In this document: one piece after another, positions 17,736 through 27,050 of the stretch
How the letters are laid out: the number at the start of each line of letters is the position of its first letter
How positions within the stretch are numbered: position 1 is the stretch's first letter
DNA from: an uncultured Planktomarina sp.
Lineage (GTDB): Bacteria; Pseudomonadota; Alphaproteobacteria; Rhodobacterales; Rhodobacteraceae
Reading direction: 5' to 3' (one strand)
Assembly (NCBI RefSeq): GCF_951543265.1
Contig: NZ_CATOCO010000004.1
Length of the DNA stretch: 64,000 nt
Position numbers and translations under genes: made by a program
The notes under the pieces: generated by a model
Databases searched by the model: none
What the model was told of the DNA's origin: nothing
Seen by the model: only the letters and a program-made list of their open reading frames with translations

Positions 17736-18497
17736 TTAAGCGGCCTCAAGTTTAGCTTGCAATTTAGGTGGCAAATTAGCAGCCATTTGATCTTGAATTG
17801 TACGTGGGCTTTCGCTTCTAGCAATCCCACTCAACCCCGAGATAACCATGTCACGGTATGTAGATTCGTGCAGAGTATATCCTTCAAGTTTCGTTAACAT
17901 TGGGCTAAAAAGAACGTTAGCAATGAAAGCTCCGTAAAGGGTAGTCAGCAAGGCAACAGCCATAGCAGGGCCAATAGCCTTCGGATCAGCCATATTCCCA
18001 AGCATCAAAACAAGACCAACGAGCGTTCCAATCATGCCCATCGCAGGAGCGATATCAATCCAGGCTTTGACCACACCTTGATTAGCCTCATGGCGGAGTT
18101 TCATCGATTTAACTTCCTGCTTCATTTGACGGACAAGCGTACCTTCATCCGCCCCATCAACCAGCATTTGAAGACCTTTTTCAAAGAACTTATCTGGAAC
18201 AGCCTGACCTTCCAGAGCCATCATGCCATCTTTACGGGCGATTGCGGCTAACTCAATCATACGTTCGATCATTACGTCTGGCTTTTTTACTGGAGGTAGA
18301 AAGGCTTTTGACATCGCACCAAAGCTACCTAAAAAGGTACCGAGGGGCGCAGTATACATGACGGCAAAAAATGTTCCGCCAAACACAATTAAAATAGACG
18401 CAGTATCAATGAACGCACCGAGTCCACCGCCTGAAAGCATAGCGCCAACAATCATACCAACAGCGCCAATTAGGCCAATGAGAGAAGCAAGATCCAT
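17736..18497 (-). CDS. motA: flagellar stator protein MotA/PomA
   Basis: 253 aa, four-TM MotA/TolQ/ExbB family (MDLASLIGLIGAVGMIVGAML..., ...GPAMAVALLTTLYGAFIAN). Lies directly upstream of motB. Confidence 0.9.
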   Translation of the reverse strand: MDLASLIGLIGAVGMIVGAMLSGGGLGAFIDTASILIVFGGTFFAVMYTAPLGTFLGSFGAMSKAFLPPVKKPDVMIERMIELAAIARKDGMMALEGQAVPDKFFEKGLQMLVDGADEGTLVRQMKQEVKSMKLRHEANQGVVKAWIDIAPAMGMIGTLVGLVLMLGNMADPKAIGPAMAVALLTTLYGAFIANVLFSPMLTKLEGYTLHESTYRDMVISGLSGIARSESPRTIQDQMAANLPPKLQAKLEAA

Positions 18498-18655
18498 TCT
18501 TAGTACCTTTTTGTCGAATTCACCTCACCACCTTCAATTTCCGTACCAAGTTTAAAACTGCTACAAAATTTATTATTGTGGTAAGCTGAACAATAATTTC
18601 AAGGATGGTATACATATTGCGAGGGTGAAGACAATTGCTACAAACGCGAGGGAAA

Positions 18656-19123
18656 ATGTTAAAGGTACTTATTTTTATTCTGGGGCTCAGTCCTGCTCAC
18701 GCTCTTAAGGCTCAGTTCTATACGCAAGGGAACTTCGTTACGGACCTGTCACAGGGTATAATCTGGCTGCGGTGCTCATTAGGTCAACGCTGGGACCCCA
18801 CAACCAAACGGTGCTCAGGCAATGCTAAGCGTCTCAATTTTGAGGAAATTGATCAAGCTATTTCTCAAGCGAATGAACAACTGGGTGGAACATGGCGACT
18901 TCCAACATTAGAAGAATTGGAACATATTGTTTGCCAAGAGTGCGGTCCCCCAAAAATTGATTCTGGTTCTTTTCCAAACACTCAATCAGAACCTTATTGG
19001 ACCTCTGACGTCAATTGGATGTCCTCTCGCAACCGTTGGAGTGTTAATTTCATGACAGGCCTTAAGTACGGGCGATTTTTTCCCCAACAACAACTTGCAG
19101 TCCGTTTAGTCTCGGACAAATAA
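18656..19123 (+). CDS. DUF1566 (Lcl C-terminal-like) domain protein, secreted
   Basis: GIIWLRCSLGQRW...GGTWRLPTLEELEHIV...EPYWTSD...RWSVNFMTG fits the DUF1566 pattern. Start moved to ATG 18656 (MLKVLIFILGLSPAHA signal peptide) behind GAGGGA. Confidence 0.6.
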   Translation: MLKVLIFILGLSPAHALKAQFYTQGNFVTDLSQGIIWLRCSLGQRWDPTTKRCSGNAKRLNFEEIDQAISQANEQLGGTWRLPTLEELEHIVCQECGPPKIDSGSFPNTQSEPYWTSDVNWMSSRNRWSVNFMTGLKYGRFFPQQQLAVRLVSDK

Positions 19124-19180
19124 CTTTGCCCATTACGGATCATAGTATAGATGCAACATAATAAAAATTGAGTTAACGTT

Positions 19181-19870
19181 TTGAAGCGAAGATATTTTTT
19201 ATCCGCCATAAGCGCCAGCGCTATTTTTCAAGCTCAAATTTCACCCGCTGAAAACGGAGGTATCAAAGGAACTAGTTTATTTTTTAAATCACCAAAGCAG
19301 CCTTTGATTGATATTCAAGCAAGCACAGGTTTTTTTAATCACTTCGAACCCGATGAAATGCCAGAACACCTTGGAACAAAAGTTTTACGGACCCCACAAG
19401 TGTCACTTGAAGAAAATGCAAGTCTGACAATGCGCAACACAAACACAGACGAATACATAAGCATAAGACCCATGACTTCATTGGGCTTGGATCATGGTGA
19501 ACTTAAGCGCGCAAATTATTTCATGCGAGACTGGCGGCTTAACGAAGTTAAAAAAATTGATCCAAATATTATTTTGCGGTTACTAGAGATTCAGCAAGGC
19601 GCTCGAAGGAATGGATTCAATACTGACATTCAGTTTCTATCAGGGTATCGCAGCGCTGAAACCAATAAAATTCTGAGACAAAAAACTAATGGAGTCGCAC
19701 CTAATTCTTTGCATATTCAAGCCAAAGCTATTGATTTCTTTTTACCCAAGGTGCCCGTCAAGGAGTCTATCAGGCTTGCCAAAGCGGTCGGAATTAGCGG
19801 CGTTGGTGGATATGTTAATTTTGTGCACATTGACAGTGGCCGTCGGCGATTGTGGGGTACTGCAACGTGA
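19181..19870 (+). CDS. Tat-exported DUF882 / peptidase M15A family protein (YcbK/MepK-like)
   Basis: TTG start followed by the twin-arginine motif KRRYFLSAISASA. C-terminal SGYRSAETN...NSLHIQAKAIDF...GGYVNFVHIDSG, a zinc-peptidase pattern of DUF882. Confidence 0.7.
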   Translation: MKRRYFLSAISASAIFQAQISPAENGGIKGTSLFFKSPKQPLIDIQASTGFFNHFEPDEMPEHLGTKVLRTPQVSLEENASLTMRNTNTDEYISIRPMTSLGLDHGELKRANYFMRDWRLNEVKKIDPNIILRLLEIQQGARRNGFNTDIQFLSGYRSAETNKILRQKTNGVAPNSLHIQAKAIDFFLPKVPVKESIRLAKAVGISGVGGYVNFVHIDSGRRRLWGTAT

Positions 19871-20118
19871 CGTCAGACATGCCTTTCCAGAATACAGGGT
19901 CGCGACAGACTGGCCCAGAGATAATATAATTATAAGCACATTAGAGCTATGATCATATGAAGTTTTAATGAAACTTTATGTATCTTTAGGTCTGAAAATT
20001 ACACTCAACTCAACCTATGTTTAACTCTTAATATGCAAGGAATTGCCATCTTAAATTTTGTAATGATGCACTAATTTTCCTCAGACACAGTTGTTGTGCG
20101 TGGTTAAAAGCAAGAAGC

Positions 20119-22566
20119 CTAAACTTTGGTCCTTGCCCCCGAAGGATCATACATCGGCTTTAGGGAAACCTCGGCATTCACCCGAGTTCCCGCCACATCA
20201 ATCTCATAGGTTGAAGACAAAATATCTGCGATGGTCTCACCGGCACAGGGCACATACCCCAGACCAATGGCCCTACCCAAGTGATGCCCATAGCTACCTG
20301 AGGATAGAAAGCCCACTATCTTCCCGTCACGGATCACAGGCTCGTTGTGGTACAGAAGGGGCTCAGGATCCATCAACTTGAACTGCAGCATACGCATATT
20401 GAGACCAGTCTCCTTCTTGCGCAGCACCGAGTCGCGGCCGATAAAATCCGGCTTGTCAGTTTTAATCGCAAAGCCAAGTCCGGCTTCCAACACATGATCC
20501 TCACAAGTGATATCATGGCCAAAATGGCGAAATCCTTTCTCGATCCGGCAACTGTCCATCATATGCATGCCGCAAAGCTTGGCATTCAGGTTTTGCCCTG
20601 CTTCCCAGAGCGTTTCGAAGGCATGAGCGGCCATATCGGAGCTAACATAGACTTCCCAGCCCAACTCGCCCACATAGGTCACCCGGTGCACCCTCGCCAT
20701 GCCCATACCCAACTCAATTTCTTGTGCTGTCCCAAACGGGTTAGAATTATTGTTAAAATCGTTCGGCGACACCATCTCAAGTAATTTGCGAGAATTTGGC
20801 CCCATCACCGCCAAGACAGCCTCTCCAGACGTGACATCAGTGATCACCACATTAAAGGCACCTTTATGACGCATCATCCAAGTTTGATCGGCCAACCGTG
20901 TCGCGGCAGGCGTCACCACTAAATAGGCAGTTTCAGCCATGCGGGTCACTGTGACATCAGCTTCAATGCCGGCACCCTCGTTCAGAAATTGAGTGTAAAC
21001 AATCTTGCCCAAAGGCACATCATATTGTCCCCCTCCAATATAGTTCATGAAGGCGCAGGCATCGGGCCCTTCGACTCTGATTTTTCCAAAGGACGACATA
21101 TCATAAAGCCCAAGATTTTCGCGTACCGCCTTATGTTCAGTAGCCACATTTTCAAAGAAATTCTGCCGCTTCCAACTATAAGCGTAACTTGGATCTTGGC
21201 CCTCACTGGCGAACCAATTGGCGCGCTCCCATCCGGCCAATTCTCCAAACACCGCCCCATTTTCCTTGAGGTGATGATGAAATGGCGAGCGACGCACTCC
21301 GCGGGCGGTATTCTTCTGTAAATAGGGGAAGTGATCGGCATAGAGCAGGCCCAACGTTTCCTTGGAACGCTCAAACAGATAATGTTTATTACCCTGAAAT
21401 GGCTGCATGCGGCTGATATCGACATCACCCAAATCAAAAGGTTTTTGACCAGCATCCATCCATTGCGCCAAGGCTTGTCCTGCTCCACCGGCTGATTGAA
21501 TGCCCACAGAGTTAAACCCGGCGGCTACCCAAACATTATCCATCTCTGGTGCGAAGCCAAGATGATATGCATCATCAGGGGTGAAGCTTTCTGGGCCATT
21601 GAAAAACGTATGTATGCCTGCTTCAGCAAGCATCGGCATCCGCGCCACGGCGGATGCCAATATAGGTTCGAAATGGTCAAAATCTTCTGGCAATTGATCA
21701 AATTCAAAATCCTGTGGAATACCGTCCATAGCCCATGGTTTTGAGACAGGCTCAAATGCACCCAACAGCATTTTGCCCGCGTCTTCTTTATAATAGGCGC
21801 ATTCATCTGGCACTCTCAGCACTGGCATTTGAGCCAGACCTGCAATTGCCTCGGTGACAATGTAAAAATGCTCACAAGCATGCAAAGGCACGTTCATACC
21901 CAACATGCGTCCAACCTCATGGCCCCACATGCCGCCACAATTGATCACGTTTTCACAGTCAATTGAGCCACTTTCACCCTGCTCATTTTCCCATTTCACT
22001 GAAGTGATCCTGCGGCCCTGACGCGTCACGCCCATGGCTTTGGTTCGCTCTAACACCTGAGCGCCCATTTGCCGTGCGCCTTTAGCCAACGCCAAAGCGA
22101 TATTGGCTGGATCGCCCTGCCCATCCAATGGCAACCATACACCACCGGTGACACCCTCAATATTGAGGTGCTCATATTTTGCCTTCACCTCTGCGGGACT
22201 GATCTCTTCAACATCCACCCCAAAAGCGCGTGCCATGGCAGCCTGACGAAAAATTTCTTCTTTGCGTTCCTCGGTGAGGGCGACCGTGATGGACCCGCAA
22301 CGCTTAAAGCCCGTGGCCACCCCAGTTTCAGCTTCCAAATTTCCATAAAGCTCTTGACTATACTTGGCCAATTTCGTCATGTTGGCAGACGCACGCAGCT
22401 GAGCGATTAGGCCTGCCGCATGCCAGGTGGTACCAGAGGTAAGCTGTTTACGCTCCAGCAACACAACTTCTTTCCAGCCCAACTTGGCCAAATGATAGGC
22501 CACAGAACAGCCTATAACTCCGCCACCAATGATAACGGCACGTGCTTTAGTAGGAACCTGAGCCAT
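20119..22566 (-). CDS. dimethylglycine/sarcosine dehydrogenase-family FAD oxidoreductase with GcvT-like C-terminal domain
   Basis: FAD fold VIIGGGVIGCSVAYHLAKLG. About 815 aa with an aminomethyltransferase-like C-terminus. Start set to ATG 22566 behind GGGAGGG. Confidence 0.85.
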   Translation of the reverse strand: MAQVPTKARAVIIGGGVIGCSVAYHLAKLGWKEVVLLERKQLTSGTTWHAAGLIAQLRASANMTKLAKYSQELYGNLEAETGVATGFKRCGSITVALTEERKEEIFRQAAMARAFGVDVEEISPAEVKAKYEHLNIEGVTGGVWLPLDGQGDPANIALALAKGARQMGAQVLERTKAMGVTRQGRRITSVKWENEQGESGSIDCENVINCGGMWGHEVGRMLGMNVPLHACEHFYIVTEAIAGLAQMPVLRVPDECAYYKEDAGKMLLGAFEPVSKPWAMDGIPQDFEFDQLPEDFDHFEPILASAVARMPMLAEAGIHTFFNGPESFTPDDAYHLGFAPEMDNVWVAAGFNSVGIQSAGGAGQALAQWMDAGQKPFDLGDVDISRMQPFQGNKHYLFERSKETLGLLYADHFPYLQKNTARGVRRSPFHHHLKENGAVFGELAGWERANWFASEGQDPSYAYSWKRQNFFENVATEHKAVRENLGLYDMSSFGKIRVEGPDACAFMNYIGGGQYDVPLGKIVYTQFLNEGAGIEADVTVTRMAETAYLVVTPAATRLADQTWMMRHKGAFNVVITDVTSGEAVLAVMGPNSRKLLEMVSPNDFNNNSNPFGTAQEIELGMGMARVHRVTYVGELGWEVYVSSDMAAHAFETLWEAGQNLNAKLCGMHMMDSCRIEKGFRHFGHDITCEDHVLEAGLGFAIKTDKPDFIGRDSVLRKKETGLNMRMLQFKLMDPEPLLYHNEPVIRDGKIVGFLSSGSYGHHLGRAIGLGYVPCAGETIADILSSTYEIDVAGTRVNAEVSLKPMYDPSGARTKV

Positions 22567-22614
22567 ATGACCCTCCCAAAAAATTAAAGTGATGAAGCGC
22601 ACAAATATGAGCCA

Positions 22615-22995
22615 TCATGGGTACATCTGCGCAAATTTATCTTTGTAGAGGGCCACAATCGCGTTGATCCGTCCGGCCAAGTCCACCCAAAAGGCCTGCG
22701 ACTGCGGGTAGAACGCATCAAAAGCTGCGCTGCCACGGCGCAGCACAGATGTCGTTCCCCTTATCCGCCAACCTTTACAGGTAAAGTTGTCCACAAAATT
22801 AACCTCTAGCTCTTGGCTATGGCCAATATTGCTGCTCGTGCCGGGAGAGCAAATCGCGCCGAAGGCCAGCATGCGCCCATCCAACACCACAAAAGTACCC
22901 TTCGGCGGCACCGAAGGTCTGCATTTAGGTGTGACAGAGGCCGCGAACCCTAACCGCACCCTTTCAATACAATCTATGGCAGAGGCGTTCAACAT
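22615..22995 (-). CDS. pyridoxamine 5'-phosphate oxidase-like FMN-binding protein
   Basis: Internal Met of ORF 22615..23100 (MLNASAIDCIERVRLGFAASV...PKGTFVVLDG). The longer ORF would overlap the upstream gene by 100 nt. Confidence 0.5.
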   Translation of the reverse strand: MLNASAIDCIERVRLGFAASVTPKCRPSVPPKGTFVVLDGRMLAFGAICSPGTSSNIGHSQELEVNFVDNFTCKGWRIRGTTSVLRRGSAAFDAFYPQSQAFWVDLAGRINAIVALYKDKFAQMYP

Positions 22996-22999
22996 GTGT

Positions 23000-23866
23000 C
23001 TATGCTCTGAAGTGATTGGACAAAGCAGTAATATGATCTGGACCCACTTCGCAACACCCGCCAATAATCGAAGCACCACCCTCAGCCCAAGACTTGGCAA
23101 AGGACAAATACTCGGCAGGTCCTAAATCTGTGCGGGCTTTCAACAGATCAACCGTCGCATCTATCGAGTTGAAATCAGAATGAATGCCCGTAAATCCGTT
23201 GGCATATGCACCAAGGGTAAAGCCATGGTCAGCCAAAATTGGCAAGCCCTGCGATACCGCTTCTGGTAATGAGCAATTGATCAAAACCACTACGGGATTA
23301 TACTCTTTAAGCATTTCTACCGCATCCGCCAAGGCCTCGCCAGAGCGCAATTTTGTGCCATCAGCGTCATCGACAGACAAAGACACCCACACCGGCTTAC
23401 CCGTAACGCCTGCTCCCATCAATCCACCACGGGCTTGATCAATTGAGGACATTGTTTCCAGCAGGTGAAAATCAACATAATCTGCATGCAAGCGTGCCAT
23501 ATCCGCATAGACTTCTGCGGCCTGATCGGCCGGCGGGGATTTGTCTGGCTGGTAGGAAAATCCTTGCGGTCCCAAAGACCCTGCAACCTGTCCTGATCCA
23601 TGGGTATCTCGGGCAGCCACGGCCATTTCACAAGCAGATCTGGTCAGCGGCAACAAATGCTCACCCAAGCCTTTGGTCTCCAACCGATCCGGCAGAATGG
23701 AATAGGTATTGGTGGTCGCAATCTCAGCACCAGCGGCAAAATATTCATCATGCACTTGGCGCACCATACCTGGCATGTCTAACAGGGCTTGCATCGACCA
23801 CAGGTCAGTCGCCATGCCCCCTCGTTTCACCAATTCTTGGCCCATGCCACCATCAAGAATAATCAT
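23000..23866 (-). CDS. homocysteine S-methyltransferase family protein (betaine-homocysteine methyltransferase-like)
   Basis: MIILDGGMGQEL...TNTY N-terminal motif and the C-terminal zinc-site GGCCEVGP. Confidence 0.8.
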   Translation of the reverse strand: MIILDGGMGQELVKRGGMATDLWSMQALLDMPGMVRQVHDEYFAAGAEIATTNTYSILPDRLETKGLGEHLLPLTRSACEMAVAARDTHGSGQVAGSLGPQGFSYQPDKSPPADQAAEVYADMARLHADYVDFHLLETMSSIDQARGGLMGAGVTGKPVWVSLSVDDADGTKLRSGEALADAVEMLKEYNPVVVLINCSLPEAVSQGLPILADHGFTLGAYANGFTGIHSDFNSIDATVDLLKARTDLGPAEYLSFAKSWAEGGASIIGGCCEVGPDHITALSNHFRA

Positions 23867-23951
23867 GTTTGGTTTCCTACTTTTCCAACATCAGTTTCAG
23901 CAAAAATCCAAACTCCGGGCCTTTGCAAAAGATGGCCCACCACCTCTGAAT

Positions 23952-26402
23952 TTATCCCCGTAACCGCGCGTTGCTTGGGTCCCAAAGGGGCTGGTCCTCT
24001 TGCACCACCGCCTTGCAACGTTGGCCAAAAATCTCAACCTCAACCTTAGTGCCAGCCACAGCCAGATCTGGCCGCACCATACCCAGTGCAATCGATTTTC
24101 CAACTCGGTGGCCAAAATCGCCAGAGGTCGTTTCTCCAACCACTTTGCCCTCATGCCAAATCGTCGACATATATGGCGCATCCGAAGCACCCGCATCAAC
24201 AATTAGCGTTGCAAACATCTTTTTACTGCCCTGTTGTTTTTCGTTTTGCAATGCAGCTTTTCCCGGGAAATCCTGAGGTTTGTCTAGTTTTACAAACCTT
24301 CCAAGACCACCTTCCAATAGACTGTAATCTGTGGACAGATCACCTTTCCAAGCTCTGTATCCTTTTTCAACCCGCAAGCTGTTGAGAGCATACATGCCAA
24401 AAGGCTTAGCACCGGCGACGATCACCGCGTCATACAGTCTCGGAATCTTGGCGTTTTTCGCATGAATTTCCCACCCCAATTCACCGGCAAAAGACACCCG
24501 AAGCAAAGCACAAGCCTGCCCCGCGACAGTGGCTGTTTGATGGCTCAACCATCCAAGGCTCAAATCCGCATCTGTGCCCATGGCGGTTAGGACATCTCGT
24601 GCTTTTGGTCCGGTGACAATCAGAGTTGAATACGAGGTTGTGTGATCCGTTAGGCTAACACCCTCGGGCAATCCCACATTAAGAACATCAAAATCATGCC
24701 ATTGTGCAGTAGCGGCGGTGATCAAAGTGAAATGATCTTCGCCGTGGCGCACGACTGACATCTCCGTCAAAATCCGTCCACGGTTGTCTGCAAAATAAGC
24801 GAGGTTCATGCGTCCAACTTTGGGCAAGCCACCGGTGATCAAGCTCCGTAGATATTCTGCGGTTCCCACACCTATAAGATTAAAACGGCTAAAGCCCGGC
24901 AGATCCAACACGCCGCAATTGTCGCGAACGTTCTCAGCCTCTTGTTTTATACACGCCGCCCAAGGGCCTTCGCGCTCCCAAGTATGCGTCGCCTCCAAAG
25001 ATATGTCATCGCCCGTCTGAGCAAACCAATTGGCTCGCTCCCAGCCATTATAAGCCCCCATAACCCCTCCAGCAGCGATCACCTTATAATGCACTGGTGA
25101 GAGTTTTTTGTCGCGTGCAGCAGGCCATTCATGATGGGGGAAGTGCATGGCGTATTCATGGCCATAAACTTCCATGGCTTTTCTATCACAGTAATCTTGA
25201 TCCGTATAATCTGTGAAACGGCGCGGATCGATGGCCCACATGTCCCATTCGGTTTCACCTTCGGTGATCCATTCGGCCAGCACCTTACCTGCGCCGCCGC
25301 CCTGGGTGATGCCAAAGGTAAAGACACAGCCCTCATAAGCGTTTTTAACGCCCGGCATGGGACCCACCAACGGTAAACCATCCGGAGCATATGGGATCGG
25401 GCCATTAATCACCCTACCCACCCCTTGCGAACCCAAGATTGGAACCCGCGCCATGGCATCCTCAATATACCATTCCAACCGTTCCAGATCATCGGGATAT
25501 AGCTGGAAGCTGAAATCTTCAGGCATGGGATCTTCGGGAGTGACCCAATGGGCCTTACAATTTCGCTCATAAGGACCAAGGTTCAGGCCATGCTTGTCTT
25601 GGCGTAGATAATAGGACGAATCTACATCGCGCAGCAGAGGCACTTTGCGGCCATTAGCCTCGGTCCATTTCTTAAGCTCTGGAATTTCTTCGGTCAGAAA
25701 ATACTGGTGGCTCATGACTGTCATAGGCACCATACGACCGCCATAGGGTTTGAACCACTCCCCCACACGTTGAGCATAATATCCTGCACAATTTACCACT
25801 TTTTCGCAACGTATGTCGCCCTTGTCGGTGTGAACAATCCACTCATCACCAACTTGCGTCACACCTGTGGCTGGGCAAAACCTTTGGATGCTAGCACCCA
25901 GATCCCGTGAACCTTTGGCCAAAGCTTGTGTCAGCTGTGCCGGATCAATATCACCATCGTCCGGATCCCAAAGCCCACCAGCAAGATCATGGGTTTCCAA
26001 AAACGGATACGCGTCGTTCATGTCCGACACTGACATCATCTCAATGTCCAAGCCTTGATAGCGTCCCATCGTGCGAGCGCGCTCAAACTCAAGCATCCGG
26101 TTTTTGTCATGTGCCAAACGAATGGAGCCGGTCACATGGTAATTCATTGGATAGTTCACCGCATCCGCCAGCCCCGCATAAAGGCCCAGAGAATAGCGTT
26201 GCATGTTCATCACCGCCCAACTCGTACTGAACGAGGGGCAGTTGCCCGCTGCGTGCCAAGTAGATCCTGCCGTAAGCTCGTTCTTTTCAAGCAGGACGCA
26301 GTCAGTCCAGCCCGCTTTGGCCAAATGATACAATGTTGATACGCCAACAACGCCGCCGCCAATGATAACAACCCGTGCTGTGGATGGAAAATCGCTCATC
26401 AT
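23952..26402 (-). CDS. second dimethylglycine/sarcosine dehydrogenase-family FAD oxidoreductase with GcvT-like domain
   Basis: VVIIGGGVVGVSTLYHLAKAG, about 815 aa, paralogue of 20119..22566. The track start 26414 is TTG; ATG 26402 sits behind GAGGGAGA. Confidence 0.85.
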   Translation of the reverse strand: MMSDFPSTARVVIIGGGVVGVSTLYHLAKAGWTDCVLLEKNELTAGSTWHAAGNCPSFSTSWAVMNMQRYSLGLYAGLADAVNYPMNYHVTGSIRLAHDKNRMLEFERARTMGRYQGLDIEMMSVSDMNDAYPFLETHDLAGGLWDPDDGDIDPAQLTQALAKGSRDLGASIQRFCPATGVTQVGDEWIVHTDKGDIRCEKVVNCAGYYAQRVGEWFKPYGGRMVPMTVMSHQYFLTEEIPELKKWTEANGRKVPLLRDVDSSYYLRQDKHGLNLGPYERNCKAHWVTPEDPMPEDFSFQLYPDDLERLEWYIEDAMARVPILGSQGVGRVINGPIPYAPDGLPLVGPMPGVKNAYEGCVFTFGITQGGGAGKVLAEWITEGETEWDMWAIDPRRFTDYTDQDYCDRKAMEVYGHEYAMHFPHHEWPAARDKKLSPVHYKVIAAGGVMGAYNGWERANWFAQTGDDISLEATHTWEREGPWAACIKQEAENVRDNCGVLDLPGFSRFNLIGVGTAEYLRSLITGGLPKVGRMNLAYFADNRGRILTEMSVVRHGEDHFTLITAATAQWHDFDVLNVGLPEGVSLTDHTTSYSTLIVTGPKARDVLTAMGTDADLSLGWLSHQTATVAGQACALLRVSFAGELGWEIHAKNAKIPRLYDAVIVAGAKPFGMYALNSLRVEKGYRAWKGDLSTDYSLLEGGLGRFVKLDKPQDFPGKAALQNEKQQGSKKMFATLIVDAGASDAPYMSTIWHEGKVVGETTSGDFGHRVGKSIALGMVRPDLAVAGTKVEVEIFGQRCKAVVQEDQPLWDPSNARLRG

Positions 26403-26410
26403 GGTCTCCC

Positions 26411-27037
26411 TCAATCGATGATCAAACGGGCTGCAAGCCCACCGAATAGAATTGCCGTTAATTTATTCAAAAAGCCTACGCGCGCTCTCAAGGCGCCAGC
26501 AAAATAACCTGACGCCGCGCCAAGACACATGACAAACACAAAGCCGTTTGCCAAAAAGATTGCTCCAAGAACCAGAACTTGCACCCAGATCGGGCCGTTC
26601 TGAGGATCGATAAACTGTGGGATGAAGGCGAAGATAAACAGGGCAGTTTTAGGGTTCAACAAGTTGGTGACAAATCCCCGCCGCAGCGCCTGTGCCGCAA
26701 ATGGCGCTGCACGGCCACGCCCCAAAGCACCGTCACTGCGCCAAGCCTGCAAAGCCATCCTAGCAAGATATGCCGCCCCGCCGATGCGAATGGCATCATA
26801 AGCCGCAGGATGGGCCAACAGCAGCGCCGACACGCCAGCGGCAGCCGCCAAAACATGTATCACAATACCAAGGTTCACCCCCAAAGCCGCGGCCATCCCA
26901 ATTCGGGAACCCCCAGCAAGCCCGCTTGCTGAGATAAAGATAAAATCCGCGCCCGGTGTGATATTCAAAATAAGCCCAGCAAAAATGTACCCGACCAGCA
27001 AGCCCGGCTCAAATCCGATGATCACATCCCAAATCAT
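26411..27037 (-). CDS. LysE/RhtB-family amino-acid exporter
   Basis: About 208 aa, six-TM pattern, N-terminal ...NITPGADFIFI.... Start moved to ATG 27037. Confidence 0.75.
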   Translation of the reverse strand: MIWDVIIGFEPGLLVGYIFAGLILNITPGADFIFISASGLAGGSRIGMAAALGVNLGIVIHVLAAAAGVSALLLAHPAAYDAIRIGGAAYLARMALQAWRSDGALGRGRAAPFAAQALRRGFVTNLLNPKTALFIFAFIPQFIDPQNGPIWVQVLVLGAIFLANGFVFVMCLGAASGYFAGALRARVGFLNKLTAILFGGLAARLIID

Positions 27038-27050
27038 AGCACTGCCATCC

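Noticed and set aside
18533-18548. TGGTAC-ggaaa-TTGAA on the minus strand upstream of motA as a fifth sigma54 promoter
   Set aside because: The nearly invariant -12 GC is GA here and the -24 has T for C. This is too weak to call without transcript mapping.
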